Below, in pieces: positions 9,518-19,566 of a stretch of 62,969 nucleotides of DNA; the stretch's first letter is position 1; each line of letters starts with the position of its first letter. Below the pieces are notes generated by a model. It saw only the letters and a program-made list of their open reading frames with translations. It was not told the DNA's origin and ran no database searches. A program made the translations under genes and the position numbers. Origin of the DNA: an uncultured Chitinophagaceae bacterium. Lineage in GTDB: Bacteria; Bacteroidota; Ignavibacteria; UBA10030; UBA8401. The stretch spans positions 1 through 62,969 of the forward strand of contig CAYHZL010000001.1 in NCBI GenBank assembly GCA_964361075.1, in the 5' to 3' direction.

Positions 9518-11532
9518 TTCGCTACCTCTGTCAACAAACTTAATATTTCTTTTTCAACTTTTTTTAGTTCAACATCAATTGTATTTAATGATCGAGGAGT
9601 AATATATTTATAAAAATATCTATTAAAGTTTATTTCATATCCAATTTTATCTTTACTTTTATCCATCCACGCATCTGGTACGTGCGGCAATACTTCGCGT
9701 TTAAAATATTCTTCGATATTTTCTTTTAATGGAATATTCTCATTATCTCGTAAGTCGCTGTCTGCTTCATATACCGCTTGAAGATAAATTATTTGAGTTT
9801 CTTTCTTTTTATTTTTTTTTATAATCTCTTTTTGTAGCACCGGTTCGGCATCCGGATTTTTATCAGTAAAAACATCCCGAAATAATTTAGCCCAATTCGC
9901 ACTCCATCTTGATTCTCTCGATGTCAGAACATTTTCAATCATTAACAAAACAATATTCCAATCTAATTGAACCTCTCTTCCAATCTGTGCATCTATTGCC
10001 TGCACATCATCCAGCAACTCCGGCAACGCATCAAGAAAACGAGATTTACGATCCAATGTCATCTGGTATGCTAAACGTAATGGTCGCTCTACGGTAACTC
10101 GCGTATATCCAAAATCTGCATTATCAAATATTTTTGAAGTTTCCGTAACAGCAAATGTACCAAATTCATGTACGCTCGTAGCAATATCATCCTCTGTAAT
10201 TTCTCTCCGTTTGTATCCCAAACTGCGACGCATCTGTTTCCAGCGTGCACGCGCATCAATAAGTTGTATTTTGCCTTTGCGTTTATCATCTTTTCTGTTT
10301 GTTACAATCCAAATATATGTTCCAATTCCGGTGTTGTAAAACATCTGTTCCGGCAACGCGATAATTGCTTCGAGATAATCTTTCTCAATAATCCATTTTC
10401 GTATATCACTTTCGCCTGAACCCGCACCACCAGTAAAAAGTGGTGAGCCGTTAAAAACAATGGCAAGTCGTGAACCATATTTTTTTTCTTTAATATTCAC
10501 ATCTTCAAATTTTGAAACCATGTGCTGCAAAAACAATAACGAGCCATCGTTCACTCGCGGAACACCGGCTCCGAATCTTCCGTCCCATCGCCGTTTCTCA
10601 TGTTCCCGTACAACTTCTTTTTGTTGCCTTTTCCAGTCAACACCAAATGGAGGATTTGCAAGAAGATAATCGAATTTTTCTCCTTCAAACTTATCATCGA
10701 CTAATGAATCACCAAAACGGATGTTATCATCGTTGGTATTGTGGTCAACTTGTTTTATCAGCATGTCGGAGGCAGCGGTAGCAAATGCGCGTTTATTATA
10801 ATCCTGTCCGTATACATACAAATTTGCCTGTGGATGATGATCGCGTAAATAGTTTTGTGCTTCCGCCAGCATTCCTCCTGTTCCGCATGCCGGATCAAGA
10901 AGTTTTCGTACTGTCCCCGGTTTAGACAAAAGCTCATCATCATTAATGAATAACAAATTCACCATCAAACGAATGACTTCTCTCGGTGTAAAGTGGTCTC
11001 CGGCTGTTTCATTTGCCGCTTCGTTAAACCGTCTGATAAGATCTTCAAAAATTAATCCCATCTGAATATTATCAACAACGCCGGGATGCAAATCTAAATC
11101 ACTAAATTTTAAGACAACAGGATAGAGAATATCTGATTCGCGCATTTTCTCAATCTCGTTTTCAAATTCAAAGTAATCAAAAATCGTTCGTACATTTTTT
11201 GAAAATCCTTTGATGTATGAAGTGAGATGTTTTTCAATATGATCGGGGTCGCCTTTGAGTTTTTCAAAATTGAGCGGCGAGTGATTATGAAAACGTTGTT
11301 CCGCACTTTTGTTCAGAATTTTATCGAGAGCATCCTCATTAAGTTTACCGCTCTCTTTTCTTTTTGCATGTTCTTTTAGAACTTTCTCTTTTGTTGAGGC
11401 AAGCACACAATCAAACCGGCGCAAGACAGTCATAGGTAGCATCACGCGTTCGTATTGCGGAGGCCTGTATGGTCCGCGTAAAAGATCGGCAGTCTGCCAG
11501 ATAAATTGAGAGAGTTCAGAATGTGTAGGCAC
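9514..11532 (-). CDS. hsdM: Type I R-M N6-adenine DNA methyltransferase subunit
   Basis: 672 aa with SAM motif LDPACGTGGML and catalytic LLANPPFGVDW. GTG start. The C-terminal extension is long compared with roughly 500-aa HsdM proteins. Confidence 0.93.
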   Translation of the reverse strand: MPTHSELSQFIWQTADLLRGPYRPPQYERVMLPMTVLRRFDCVLASTKEKVLKEHAKRKESGKLNEDALDKILNKSAEQRFHNHSPLNFEKLKGDPDHIEKHLTSYIKGFSKNVRTIFDYFEFENEIEKMRESDILYPVVLKFSDLDLHPGVVDNIQMGLIFEDLIRRFNEAANETAGDHFTPREVIRLMVNLLFINDDELLSKPGTVRKLLDPACGTGGMLAEAQNYLRDHHPQANLYVYGQDYNKRAFATAASDMLIKQVDHNTNDDNIRFGDSLVDDKFEGEKFDYLLANPPFGVDWKRQQKEVVREHEKRRWDGRFGAGVPRVNDGSLLFLQHMVSKFEDVNIKEKKYGSRLAIVFNGSPLFTGGAGSGESDIRKWIIEKDYLEAIIALPEQMFYNTGIGTYIWIVTNRKDDKRKGKIQLIDARARWKQMRRSLGYKRREITEDDIATSVHEFGTFAVTETSKIFDNADFGYTRVTVERPLRLAYQMTLDRKSRFLDALPELLDDVQAIDAQIGREVQLDWNIVLLMIENVLTSRESRWSANWAKLFRDVFTDKNPDAEPVLQKEIIKKNKKKETQIIYLQAVYEADSDLRDNENIPLKENIEEYFKREVLPHVPDAWMDKSKDKIGYEINFNRYFYKYITPRSLNTIDVELKKVEKEILSLLTEVAK

Positions 11533-11695
11533 GAAGTTAGTTGGGTTTAATTTAAAAAATGTAAATTAATTGCGTGAAAATTAACGAAACGAGGCTTGAA
11601 TTGCAATGAATGGATTGTATCATTAATTAAAACCAAATCCGCAGATCGCCTGCCCTTTGGGTCTTCACCATTCACCCTCTGCGGATTCGCAATTG

Positions 11696-11837
11696 CTACG
11701 TAGTTCGCGCTGAAAAAGTCATTGCGAGCGAGTGTTTTTTATGAGCGAAGCAATCTTTTCTTCAAATTTTTAAGATTGCTTCGGCAAAAAACGCCTCGCA
11801 ATGACGCACAAAGAGTATTTCAGTGAGAACTACGTAG
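11696..11837. repeat. Nested-palindrome element, family E (ends CTACGTAGTTC...GAACTACGTAG)
   Basis: About 20-bp terminal inverted repeats enclose the nested stems GTCATTGCGAG/CTCGCAATGAC and GAAGCAATCT/AGATTGCTTC. An inverted second copy lies at 27191-27354 and a relative at 32070-32230. Confidence 0.7.
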
Positions 11838-11883
11838 AATGTAATCCAAACATTTTCTAAAATCAATGCACGAAATTTTGGTA

Positions 11884-11922
11884 CAACAACAAACCTCACA
11901 GGCGCAGTAATCACCTGTGAGG
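11884..11922 (-). terminator. Rho-independent terminator
   Basis: A 9-bp perfect stem (CCTCACAGG at 11894-11902, CCTGTGAGG at 11914-11922) is followed on the minus strand by TTTGTTGTTGT. It lies 26 nt downstream of the small ORF 11948-12124. Confidence 0.65.
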
Positions 11923-11947
11923 TCTTGTACAACGAACACATACATTA

Positions 11948-12124
11948 CTATCCCACGCCAAGTTTTTTCTGCAAACATTCCCAGAATACTTTACGCGGTC
12001 GCGGTGCAGAGATACTTGTACAGCAACTCGCAATTGCATCATTAATTGCGGTATCTGTCAGCGAAGGAAATTCTTCCTTTATCACTTTCTTTATGTATGC
12101 CCGTTCGTACGTTACTTCCATCAT
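11948..12124 (-). CDS. Candidate 58-aa small protein, below the ORF-track cutoff
   Basis: Hand translation gives MMEVTYERAYIKKVIKEEFPSLTDTAINDAIASCCTSISAPRPRKVFWECLQKKLGVG. It has an ATG start, sits downstream of the peptidase gene on the same strand and is followed by a good terminator. No family recognised. Confidence 0.35.
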   Translation of the reverse strand: MMEVTYERAYIKKVIKEEFPSLTDTAINDAIASCCTSISAPRPRKVFWECLQKKLGVG

Positions 12125-12218
12125 AATAAAAACCTATTTAAAAACACAAACGCTCAGTTTCAATATTTTGAAAGAGAGCGTTTGCGTTTTAATTACTACA
12201 GGTTACATAATCATTGCA

Positions 12219-13415
12219 TTATTTCAACTTCGCTTTCAACTCATTCATATCAATCACCGTATCAAGGGTAATAAAAGTTTTTTCTAATTTTTTCCCTTCG
12301 GCAGAAATATTTTCGTGCGCTGTAAAAACACGTAAGTCGCCAATATCCATAATCTTTCCCTTACCATCTTGTTCATAATTAATTGCAATATCTGCAACAA
12401 GAGGTGCAGTGCCGTTTGCAAAAGTAATCGTTGCGTTGTGAATGAGAAGATCAAACAACGTCTTTGCGTTAAGCGGAAGTTTTTCATATTCACTAATGGG
12501 TGTCTGTTCGTACGCGCGTGTTGCAATCGAATGCAGCGCAGCAAGAAACATCACACAATTTAATTTGCGGATGTACATCTTTGCCGGATCGTTATACCAG
12601 CCGCCCGACTCGATAAGAATTGTACTCGTTCCCCACTTCTGCACATTATCACCAAACGCACGCGGTTCAAACGCATCATCATAGCGGGAAATATTTTCAG
12701 GAATAAATGGCTTTAATATGCCGACAAGTTCCGCTGTAATTTTTTTTGCGCGAAGACGAACAGCATTATCCGTTTTGGCATAATCGAATGATGGTGCAAG
12801 CAATGCAATGGTTGAAACTTTTCCTCCTTCGCCTGTTGAATAACGCGGGTCTTGATCGTGCAAGTTAAATCCGATTTCCGGATTATATGTATCACGAATA
12901 GATTTTAAAAGACGAGCTTCCGGCGTTTGCAGGCTCACCGCATCGCGGTTCATATCAATCCCTTGCGCTGTGCGGCGCGTCCATCGTTCGGCGCCGTCAG
13001 GATTCAACATTGGAATAATGAGCAGCGTCAGTTCCGATAAAATTTTCTGTACTTCCGGCGACGATTTATGTGCATTGATATACGAAAGCATATCCATCAA
13101 ACCCATCGTTGCCGTCGCTTCATCGCCGTGCATTTGCGACCACATGAATACTTTTGTTTTGCCTGTGCCGAGCGTCAGCAAATTAATAGAGCGCCCTTCG
13201 GATGATTCACCAATTTTTTCAACGGAAAGAATTCCGGCTAAATTTTGTTTATACGAATCTATCCATGCCGTTAAATCGGCATGTTTAAATTTGTTCGTTG
13301 TAATGCGATTGTCTTTATATGATTCGTACGTAGAATAGAGAGTGTGAGAAAATTGTGAATATGTGTTCATGGTGTTCATCAAAAATATAAGTGAATAAAG
13401 AAAATATTTTTTCAT
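12219..13415 (-). CDS. M14-family zinc carboxypeptidase-like protein, secreted
   Basis: 398 aa with an N-terminal signal-like segment and a zinc HxxE motif (WSQMHGDEATA). Confidence 0.75.
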   Translation of the reverse strand: MKKYFLYSLIFLMNTMNTYSQFSHTLYSTYESYKDNRITTNKFKHADLTAWIDSYKQNLAGILSVEKIGESSEGRSINLLTLGTGKTKVFMWSQMHGDEATATMGLMDMLSYINAHKSSPEVQKILSELTLLIIPMLNPDGAERWTRRTAQGIDMNRDAVSLQTPEARLLKSIRDTYNPEIGFNLHDQDPRYSTGEGGKVSTIALLAPSFDYAKTDNAVRLRAKKITAELVGILKPFIPENISRYDDAFEPRAFGDNVQKWGTSTILIESGGWYNDPAKMYIRKLNCVMFLAALHSIATRAYEQTPISEYEKLPLNAKTLFDLLIHNATITFANGTAPLVADIAINYEQDGKGKIMDIGDLRVFTAHENISAEGKKLEKTFITLDTVIDMNELKAKLK

Positions 13416-13476
13416 GTAGATCTACTCCCAATAAGATACGTGGTGCGCAAAAGAAAATACAAAAAGTGTGTTGATA

Positions 13477-13619
13477 ACTGATGTTACACAAAAAAACATG
13501 GAAGAAAACATTCACCACGAATAACACGGAAAAAAACGAATATTCACAGATCGTTATCCGTGTTTTTCCGTAATAATCTGTGTTATCTGTGGTTAAAACA
13601 CTCTCTGCGTAACATCAGT
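13477..13619. mobile_element. MITE-like element, family B (TIR ACTGATGTTAC / GTAACATCAGT) flanked by TA
   Basis: 11-bp perfect terminal inverted repeats with a TA dinucleotide immediately outside both ends (13475-13476 and 13620-13621). A second copy lies at 28874-29138. Confidence 0.6.
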
Positions 13620-13630
13620 TAATACAATTT

Positions 13631-14038
13631 TTATTTCATCACTGCGCGATATTCGACGGCAATACATTTATTCATCACAACAGTAAGACCGGCACGCTCT
13701 GCTTTTTCAGCAGCAGATTCATTCACAACGCCCAACTGCATCCACACTGCTTTTGCGCCGATGGCAATTGCATCATCAATCACCTCATCCACTTCATCGG
13801 GGTTACGGAAAATATCAACGATATCAATTTTTGCAGCAATGCTTTTTAAGTCCGGATAGCATTGTGTACCAAAAATTTCTTTGTACTTCGGATTCACAGG
13901 AAAAACAGTGTAACCCTTCTGCATAAGAAATTCGGCAATGGCGCCGCTGTCGCGCCACGGTTTTGGTGAAGCGCCAACGACTGCAATCGTTTTTGTTTCA
14001 GAAAGAAGTTTTTTAATTTCGTCGTCAGTAGTCAGCAT
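13631..14038 (-). CDS. CoA-binding domain protein (YccU/YneT-like)
   Basis: 135 aa with IAVVGASPKPWRDS and PVNPKY motifs typical of the small CoA-binding family. Confidence 0.8.
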   Translation of the reverse strand: MLTTDDEIKKLLSETKTIAVVGASPKPWRDSGAIAEFLMQKGYTVFPVNPKYKEIFGTQCYPDLKSIAAKIDIVDIFRNPDEVDEVIDDAIAIGAKAVWMQLGVVNESAAEKAERAGLTVVMNKCIAVEYRAVMK

Positions 14039-14135
14039 ATTTCTCTCTCAACGTAGAAGATTGTCTAACTGTACTGTATGCCGCACAGCAGCACTTCGTC
14101 ATAAAACGGATCGCATGACTATACAATAATATTTT

Positions 14136-14300
14136 GTAACTACTCAACGTGTCAAATTAAAAAATCGTTCGCCGCGGCGAATCACCCCCTCTTTGCTTCT
14201 CCCCCTTTTCCCGAAGGGATGCCTTCGGCACTAGGGGAGAAAATTCCCTCCCCTAAAAGGGGAGGGATAAAGGGTGGGGTTGTTTTCACTGAGCAATTAC
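14136..14300. mobile_element. MITE-like mosaic element, family A (GTAACTACTCAAC ... CTGAGCAATTAC)
   Basis: Flanked by the 8-bp direct repeat AATATTTT (14128-14135 and 14301-14308). The interior has TTCGCCGCGGCGAA (14168-14181), CCGAAGGGATGCCTTCGG (14211-14228) and CCCTCCCCTAAAAGGGGAGGG. It ends 8 nt before the gcvP stop codon. The track ORF 14182..14364 is spurious. Confidence 0.6.
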
Positions 14301-14308
14301 AATATTTT

Positions 14309-17185
14309 TTACTTTTCATACGATGAAACCGGCGGACAACTACACACCAATTGTCTATCACCATAAGTATTATTTATTCGTCCGACACTAGGCCAGAATT
14401 TATTTGTTCGAAGTGATGCAACGGGGAACGCTGCCTTCTCTCGTGAATATGGATGTTTCCATTCATCGCTGACAACTACGCTTGCTGTGTGCGGCGCATT
14501 TTTCAAAACATTATCTGTTTTATCTGCAGAACCATTTTCAATTTCCAAAATTTCTTTCTTAATTGAAATCAGCGCGTCGCAAAATTTATCAAGTTCGTTA
14601 AGCGATTCACTTTCAGTCGGTTCAATCATTAATGTGCCGGCAACAGGGAACGACACGGTTGGCGCGTGAAATCCATAATCCATCAGGCGCTTCGCAATAT
14701 CTTCCACTTCAATACCGGCGCTCGTTTTAAATTTCCGCATATCAACAATCATTTCATGCGCAACTGTTCCATTTTTGCCGACATATAAAATATCGAATTC
14801 TTTTTCGAGTCTTGCCTTAATATAATTTGCATTGAGAATTGCATACTTGGTCGCATCTGTCAATCCGTTCGCGCCTATCATTTTAATGTACACGTACGAA
14901 ATCATCAAGATGCTCGCGCTTCCCCACGGCGCAGCGGAAACGGCGCTGATCGCATCTTTGCTTCCGAGAGAAACAACAGCATGACCCGGTAAAAATGGAA
15001 CAAGATGTTTCGCAACACAAATCGGTCCCATACCCGGACCACCGCCGCCGTGCGGAATGCAAAATGTTTTGTGCAAATTTAAATGGCATACATCAGCACC
15101 AATGTTCGCAGGCGATGTTAAACCAACTTGCGCATTCATATTCGCACCATCCATGTACACTTGCCCGCCGTTTGCATGAATGATGTCGCACATTTCGCGA
15201 ATACTTTCTTCAAACACACCGTGCGTTGAAGGATACGTTACCATCAAACACGCAAGCGTTTGTTTGTGTTGTTCAGCTTTCACTTTCAAATCAGCAATAT
15301 CAATATTGCCATGGTCGTCGCACTTCACAACGATGACGTTCATTCCCGCCATCACCGCGCTGGCAGGATTTGTCCCGTGAGCTGATGAAGGAATAAGTGC
15401 AACTGTGCGATGCGATTCATTTTTATTTTTGAAGTATTGACGAATCACCATCAGTCCCGCATATTCTCCTTGCGCACCGGCATTGGGCTGCAATGAAACT
15501 CCGGCGAATCCGGTAATTTCTTTTAAATCATGTGTCAGTTCATCGAACATTTGGTGATATCCTGCCGCTTGTTCCTTCGGCACGAACGGATGCAGCGCGC
15601 TAAACTCGTTCCATGTTACCGGAATCATTTCCGTAGTTGCATTTAATTTCATCGTGCACGAGCCGAGACCGATCATCGAATAGTTAAGCGATAAATCTTT
15701 CGTTTCCAACGTATGAATGTAGCGCAACATTTCTGTTTCGGAATAATAGCGATTGAACACAGGATGCGTCATGAAAGAACTTTTGCGCACTACATGTTCT
15801 TTCCAATCGAGCGAAAGATTTTTTGTGAATACTTGCACATCACTTTTCGACAGTAGCGTATTTTTTGCTGATGCAAAAACACCGAGCAGTCGTTCAACAT
15901 CAGCAAGCGAAGTTGTTTCGTCCAACGAAATGCCGATGCCGTTTTCAAAATACCGCATGTTAATTTTTTCTTGTATCGCTTTCGCACGAATTGCAGAGGT
16001 GAGATTTCCAGATTCAATGTTCAATGTATCAAAGTATGCCTCGTTCGTTTGAACGAATCCTAATTTTTGCAAACCAAGTGCAAGCACTTTTGTTACGCCA
16101 TGAATTTTTGTTGCAATCTTTTTCAATCCATTCTGACCGTGATACACACCATACATGCTTGCCATAATTGCAAGAAGCACTTGCGACGTACAAATGTTGC
16201 TCGTCGCTTTCTCTCTGCGGATATGTTGTTCGCGCGTTTGCAATGCCATGCGATAAACCGTGTTGCCGTTTGCATCAATGGAAACACCGATGATACGTCC
16301 GGGCATGTGCCGTTTGAATTCATCTTTGGTTGCAAAAAACGCGGCATGTGGTCCGCCGTATCCCATCGGCACACCAAACCGTTGCGCACTGCCAACAACC
16401 ACATCAGCGCCAAATTCTCCCGGCGGCGTAAGCAGTGTTAATGAAAGTAAATCTGCAGCAACAGCGACAAAAACATTATTCGTTTTTGCTTGCGTACAAA
16501 ATTCTTTGTAATCATAAATTGCACCTTCGCCGGCAGGATATTGAACAATCGCGCCGAATACTTTTTCGCTGAACTGTAGTGTGCGATGATCTCCGATCAA
16601 CAATTCAATGCCAAGCGGTGTCGCACGTGTTTTCAGCACATCAATTGTTTGCGGAAAACATTCCTGCGAAACAAAAAACAGATTTCTCTTTTTATCGCTG
16701 TGCGAAGCGTGCAACATCGCCATTGCTTCTGCCGCAGCAGTGGCTTCATCAAGCAATGATGCGTTGGCGATTTCCATTCCTGTTAAATCAATAATCATCG
16801 TTTGAAAATTTAGCAGCGCTTCCAAACGTCCTTGCGCAATTTCTGCCTGATATGGAGTGTATTGCGTGTACCAACCCGGATTCTCTAAAATATTTCGAAG
16901 GATTACAGCCGGCGTAATTGTGCCGTAGTATCCCATTCCGATGTACGAAGAAAATAGTTGATTTTTTTGCGCGATCAATTTCAGATGACGCAGCACATCA
17001 AACTCGCTCATCGCCGGAGAAAGATCCATCGGTTGCTGCAAGCGAATATGCGGCGGTACGGTTTTGTCTATCAATGCGTCAAGCGACTGAACGCCAATCG
17101 CATCCACCATGCGTTGTGTCTCTTCTGCATTCGGTCCGATATGGCGTTGTTGAAAGTGTTCGGTTGGTTCGAGAGAAATTTTCAT
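14309..17185 (-). CDS. gcvP: glycine dehydrogenase (decarboxylating), single-chain P-protein
   Basis: 958 aa, GcvP-like end to end ([27 protein letters not shown]; [21 protein letters not shown]-lysine region). Confidence 0.96.
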   Translation of the reverse strand: MKISLEPTEHFQQRHIGPNAEETQRMVDAIGVQSLDALIDKTVPPHIRLQQPMDLSPAMSEFDVLRHLKLIAQKNQLFSSYIGMGYYGTITPAVILRNILENPGWYTQYTPYQAEIAQGRLEALLNFQTMIIDLTGMEIANASLLDEATAAAEAMAMLHASHSDKKRNLFFVSQECFPQTIDVLKTRATPLGIELLIGDHRTLQFSEKVFGAIVQYPAGEGAIYDYKEFCTQAKTNNVFVAVAADLLSLTLLTPPGEFGADVVVGSAQRFGVPMGYGGPHAAFFATKDEFKRHMPGRIIGVSIDANGNTVYRMALQTREQHIRREKATSNICTSQVLLAIMASMYGVYHGQNGLKKIATKIHGVTKVLALGLQKLGFVQTNEAYFDTLNIESGNLTSAIRAKAIQEKINMRYFENGIGISLDETTSLADVERLLGVFASAKNTLLSKSDVQVFTKNLSLDWKEHVVRKSSFMTHPVFNRYYSETEMLRYIHTLETKDLSLNYSMIGLGSCTMKLNATTEMIPVTWNEFSALHPFVPKEQAAGYHQMFDELTHDLKEITGFAGVSLQPNAGAQGEYAGLMVIRQYFKNKNESHRTVALIPSSAHGTNPASAVMAGMNVIVVKCDDHGNIDIADLKVKAEQHKQTLACLMVTYPSTHGVFEESIREMCDIIHANGGQVYMDGANMNAQVGLTSPANIGADVCHLNLHKTFCIPHGGGGPGMGPICVAKHLVPFLPGHAVVSLGSKDAISAVSAAPWGSASILMISYVYIKMIGANGLTDATKYAILNANYIKARLEKEFDILYVGKNGTVAHEMIVDMRKFKTSAGIEVEDIAKRLMDYGFHAPTVSFPVAGTLMIEPTESESLNELDKFCDALISIKKEILEIENGSADKTDNVLKNAPHTASVVVSDEWKHPYSREKAAFPVASLRTNKFWPSVGRINNTYGDRQLVCSCPPVSSYEK

Positions 17186-17230
17186 TGGAAATTATTTAAG
17201 AGAGAAAAAAATAGCGGACAAAAAAAATTA

Positions 17231-17338
17231 GTGACTGATGTTACGAAACCTTCAAGGTTTTTATTTTTGCGATGTACATAAAATTGTAACATCACAAAAT
17301 TTGATCAAAATAAACCTTGAAGGTTTTTAGAGATGCCC
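17231..17338. repeat. Palindromic element, family D (CCTTCAAGG / CCTTGAAGG arms, TAGAGATGCCC end)
   Basis: About 105 bp and roughly 90 percent identical by eye to the reverse complement of 52755-52858. Its right end overlaps the last 10 codons and the stop codon of rnc. Confidence 0.7.
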
Positions 17339-18141
17339 TTAAGTTTTTGCAACGCTTGTTCTGCAGCGGCTTGTTCCGCCTCTTTTTTATTTTTTCCTAC
17401 GCCGGCACCCAGCGCATGATTTTCCACAAATACTTCAATGGTAAATGTCCTGTCGTGGTCAGGTCCTTCTTCTCTGATAATAGAGTAACGCGGAACACCT
17501 TTCCCCTGCGCCTGCGAAAGTTCAAGCAATTCACTTTTAAAATTATTATCACTGCTCTGAAGGTACCCTTTGTTCAGCGCGCTTGTTAATTGACGTTCAA
17601 TAAATATTCGCGCAGCATTCAATCCGCCATCTTGATAGATTGCCGCAATCATTGCTTCGTACGCATCGGCGATGATTGTTTCAATTCCTTTTTCACCGGC
17701 AAATGATGGATTCGGATTCATCAAGAGAAAGCGCAGCAAATCAATTTCTCTTGCATAATACACCAGTGCTTTACGATTCACCAACTTTGAACGCAGTACA
17801 GTCAACTCTCCCTCTTCCGCCTTCAGAAATGAATTGTGCAAAAATTCAGCAACAACTAAATTTAAAACGGCATCGCCTACAAATTCGTACCGTTCGTTCG
17901 ATTGGCAATGCATGTCTTCAATAAATTGAAGATACGAACGGTGCAGCAATGCTTGAACAAAAAAATCTTTCTTTTTGATTGTGTAGTTCAATGCTGCTTC
18001 TAATTGCTTCCAGTTAATTTTAGAATAGAGCGGAGAGAGTTTTCCCGGTGCGGTACATGGAAAGAGAACATACAAATAGTTTTGTAACTGAAGAAGAAAT
18101 CTGCTCACACCCAAACTGCCTCGGAATCTGAGTTCACACAT
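17305..18141 (-). CDS. rnc: ribonuclease III
   Basis: RNase III signature ERYEFVGDAVL and a C-terminal dsRBD (GPDHDRTFTIEV...KNKKEAEQAAAEQAL). The start is set to the ATG at 18141, since the track start 18150 is a TTG. The N-terminal region is unusually long, so the start is uncertain. Confidence 0.88.
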   Translation of the reverse strand: MCELRFRGSLGVSRFLLQLQNYLYVLFPCTAPGKLSPLYSKINWKQLEAALNYTIKKKDFFVQALLHRSYLQFIEDMHCQSNERYEFVGDAVLNLVVAEFLHNSFLKAEEGELTVLRSKLVNRKALVYYAREIDLLRFLLMNPNPSFAGEKGIETIIADAYEAMIAAIYQDGGLNAARIFIERQLTSALNKGYLQSSDNNFKSELLELSQAQGKGVPRYSIIREEGPDHDRTFTIEVFVENHALGAGVGKNKKEAEQAAAEQALQKLKGISKNLQGLF

Positions 18142-18183
18142 AGAGAACAATCGCAGGTGCGCCCGCGGCTGCTCTCTATACTT

Positions 18184-19446
18184 TTATTTGCTGGAATATT
18201 TTTTAAATAACAATGTAGCGTTATGTCCGCCAAAACCGAATGTATTGCAGAGAGCAATAGTTACTGTTTTTTTAATTGCGGTGTTCGGTACGTAATTCAA
18301 ATCGCAATCTGGATCAGGAGTTGTGTGATTAATTGTCGGATGAATTGCATCATCAACAATACTTTTGATTGTTGCAATTGCGCCCGTTGCACCGGCGGCG
18401 CCGAGCAAATGTCCAATGAGCGACTTTGTTGAATTGATTGCCAATTTTTTTGCATGATCGCCGAACACTGTTTTGATAGCCGCAGTTTCGTTTTTATCAT
18501 TTGCATAAGTTGATGTTCCGTGTGCATTGATATAATCAACATCACTCGGCTGCACACCTGCATCACGAATCGCCGCACGCATCGAACGAACCGCGCCTTC
18601 GCCGCCCGGTGCCGGATCGGTAATATGATGTGCGTCTGCCGTAAAACCGATGCCGGAAATTTCGGCATAAATTTTTGCGCCGCGTGCTTTTGCGCGTTCA
18701 AGTTCTTCCAAAATTAAGACACCGCCGCCTTCGCCCATCACAAAACCATCGCGCTCTTTATCAAACGGACGACTTGCTTTCTCCGGCGCATCGTTGCGTG
18801 TTGAGAGCGCTCTCATCGAATTAAAACCACCGATACCCATCGGATTAATTCCCGCTTCCGAACCGCCGGTCAACATCACATCCGCATCGCCGCGTTGAAT
18901 AAGAATGAACGCATCACCAATTGCATGCGAAGCAGTTGCGCACGCCGATGTTGTTGCATAGTTAGGACCTTTCATTTTATATTTCATCGAAATGCGTCCC
19001 GCCGCAATATCTGAAATCATCATCGGAATGAAGAACGGACTGATACGATGTGGTCCTTTTGATTCGAAGAGTGTCTCTGCTTGTTTCTGAAATGTGGTCA
19101 TACCGCCAATGCCCGAACCAAACACAACACCAATTCGTTCACCGTTTTCTTTCGAGAAATCTAATCCGGAATCTTTCACCGCTTCATCGGCTGCCGCGAG
19201 TGCGTATTGTGCAAACGGATCGACACGCTGTGCAAGTTTGCGATCCATATAGTTGTGCGGATCAAAATTTTTCAACTCACAGGCAAACTTTGTGTCATAG
19301 TCCGATGCATCGAAGTACGTAATCGGTGCCGCACCGCTTTTTCCTGCAAGTGCATTGTTCCAAAATTCTTCTACCGTTAATCCGATTGGCGTAACAGCTC
19401 CTAAACCCGTAACAACAACACGCCGAGCATTTCCGTTAAATGCCAT
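18184..19446 (-). CDS. fabF: 3-oxoacyl-ACP synthase II
   Basis: 420 aa with the KAS II Cys-His-His set (TTSACATASHAIG, NAHGTST, GHLLGAAG). Confidence 0.96.
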   Translation of the reverse strand: MAFNGNARRVVVTGLGAVTPIGLTVEEFWNNALAGKSGAAPITYFDASDYDTKFACELKNFDPHNYMDRKLAQRVDPFAQYALAAADEAVKDSGLDFSKENGERIGVVFGSGIGGMTTFQKQAETLFESKGPHRISPFFIPMMISDIAAGRISMKYKMKGPNYATTSACATASHAIGDAFILIQRGDADVMLTGGSEAGINPMGIGGFNSMRALSTRNDAPEKASRPFDKERDGFVMGEGGGVLILEELERAKARGAKIYAEISGIGFTADAHHITDPAPGGEGAVRSMRAAIRDAGVQPSDVDYINAHGTSTYANDKNETAAIKTVFGDHAKKLAINSTKSLIGHLLGAAGATGAIATIKSIVDDAIHPTINHTTPDPDCDLNYVPNTAIKKTVTIALCNTFGFGGHNATLLFKKYSSK

Positions 19447-19503
19447 AAAAATCCTATAAAAAAATTACACACTGTGGCGCTTTACGCCATCACGTACAGC
19501 GTG

Positions 19504-19554
19504 GCAGAATTGCAAAATTACCTTGTGGTGTACTTCAGCAATTTGCAATTCTGC
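19504..19554. other. 13-bp perfect inverted repeat between acpP and fabF
   Basis: GCAGAATTGCAAA (19504-19516) pairs with TTTGCAATTCTGC (19542-19554) across a 25-nt loop. No clear U-tract follows. Confidence 0.4.
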
Positions 19555-19566
19555 AACACTTAAAAA

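Noticed and set aside
11925-12287. The 120-aa plus-strand ORF in the hsdM-peptidase spacer
   Set aside because: It has a TTG start and a low-complexity translation, and it runs antisense into the 3' end of the M14 peptidase gene. The minus-strand 58-aa ORF with a downstream terminator explains the region better, although that ORF is itself only tentative.
14487-17281. Numerous 60-124-aa ORFs antisense to or out of frame within gcvP, and similar ones within hsdR, hsdM, fabF, ptsI, the Omp85 fusion and the flagellar genes
   Set aside because: Each is fully overlapped by a long ORF with unmistakable family motifs. Their translations are Cys/Arg-rich or low-complexity, as is typical of shadow ORFs.
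17186-17304. A glycine riboswitch upstream of gcvP
   Set aside because: The 119-nt leader is almost completely occupied by repeat element D, which has a second copy at 52755-52858. I could not recognise the conserved glycine-aptamer core.
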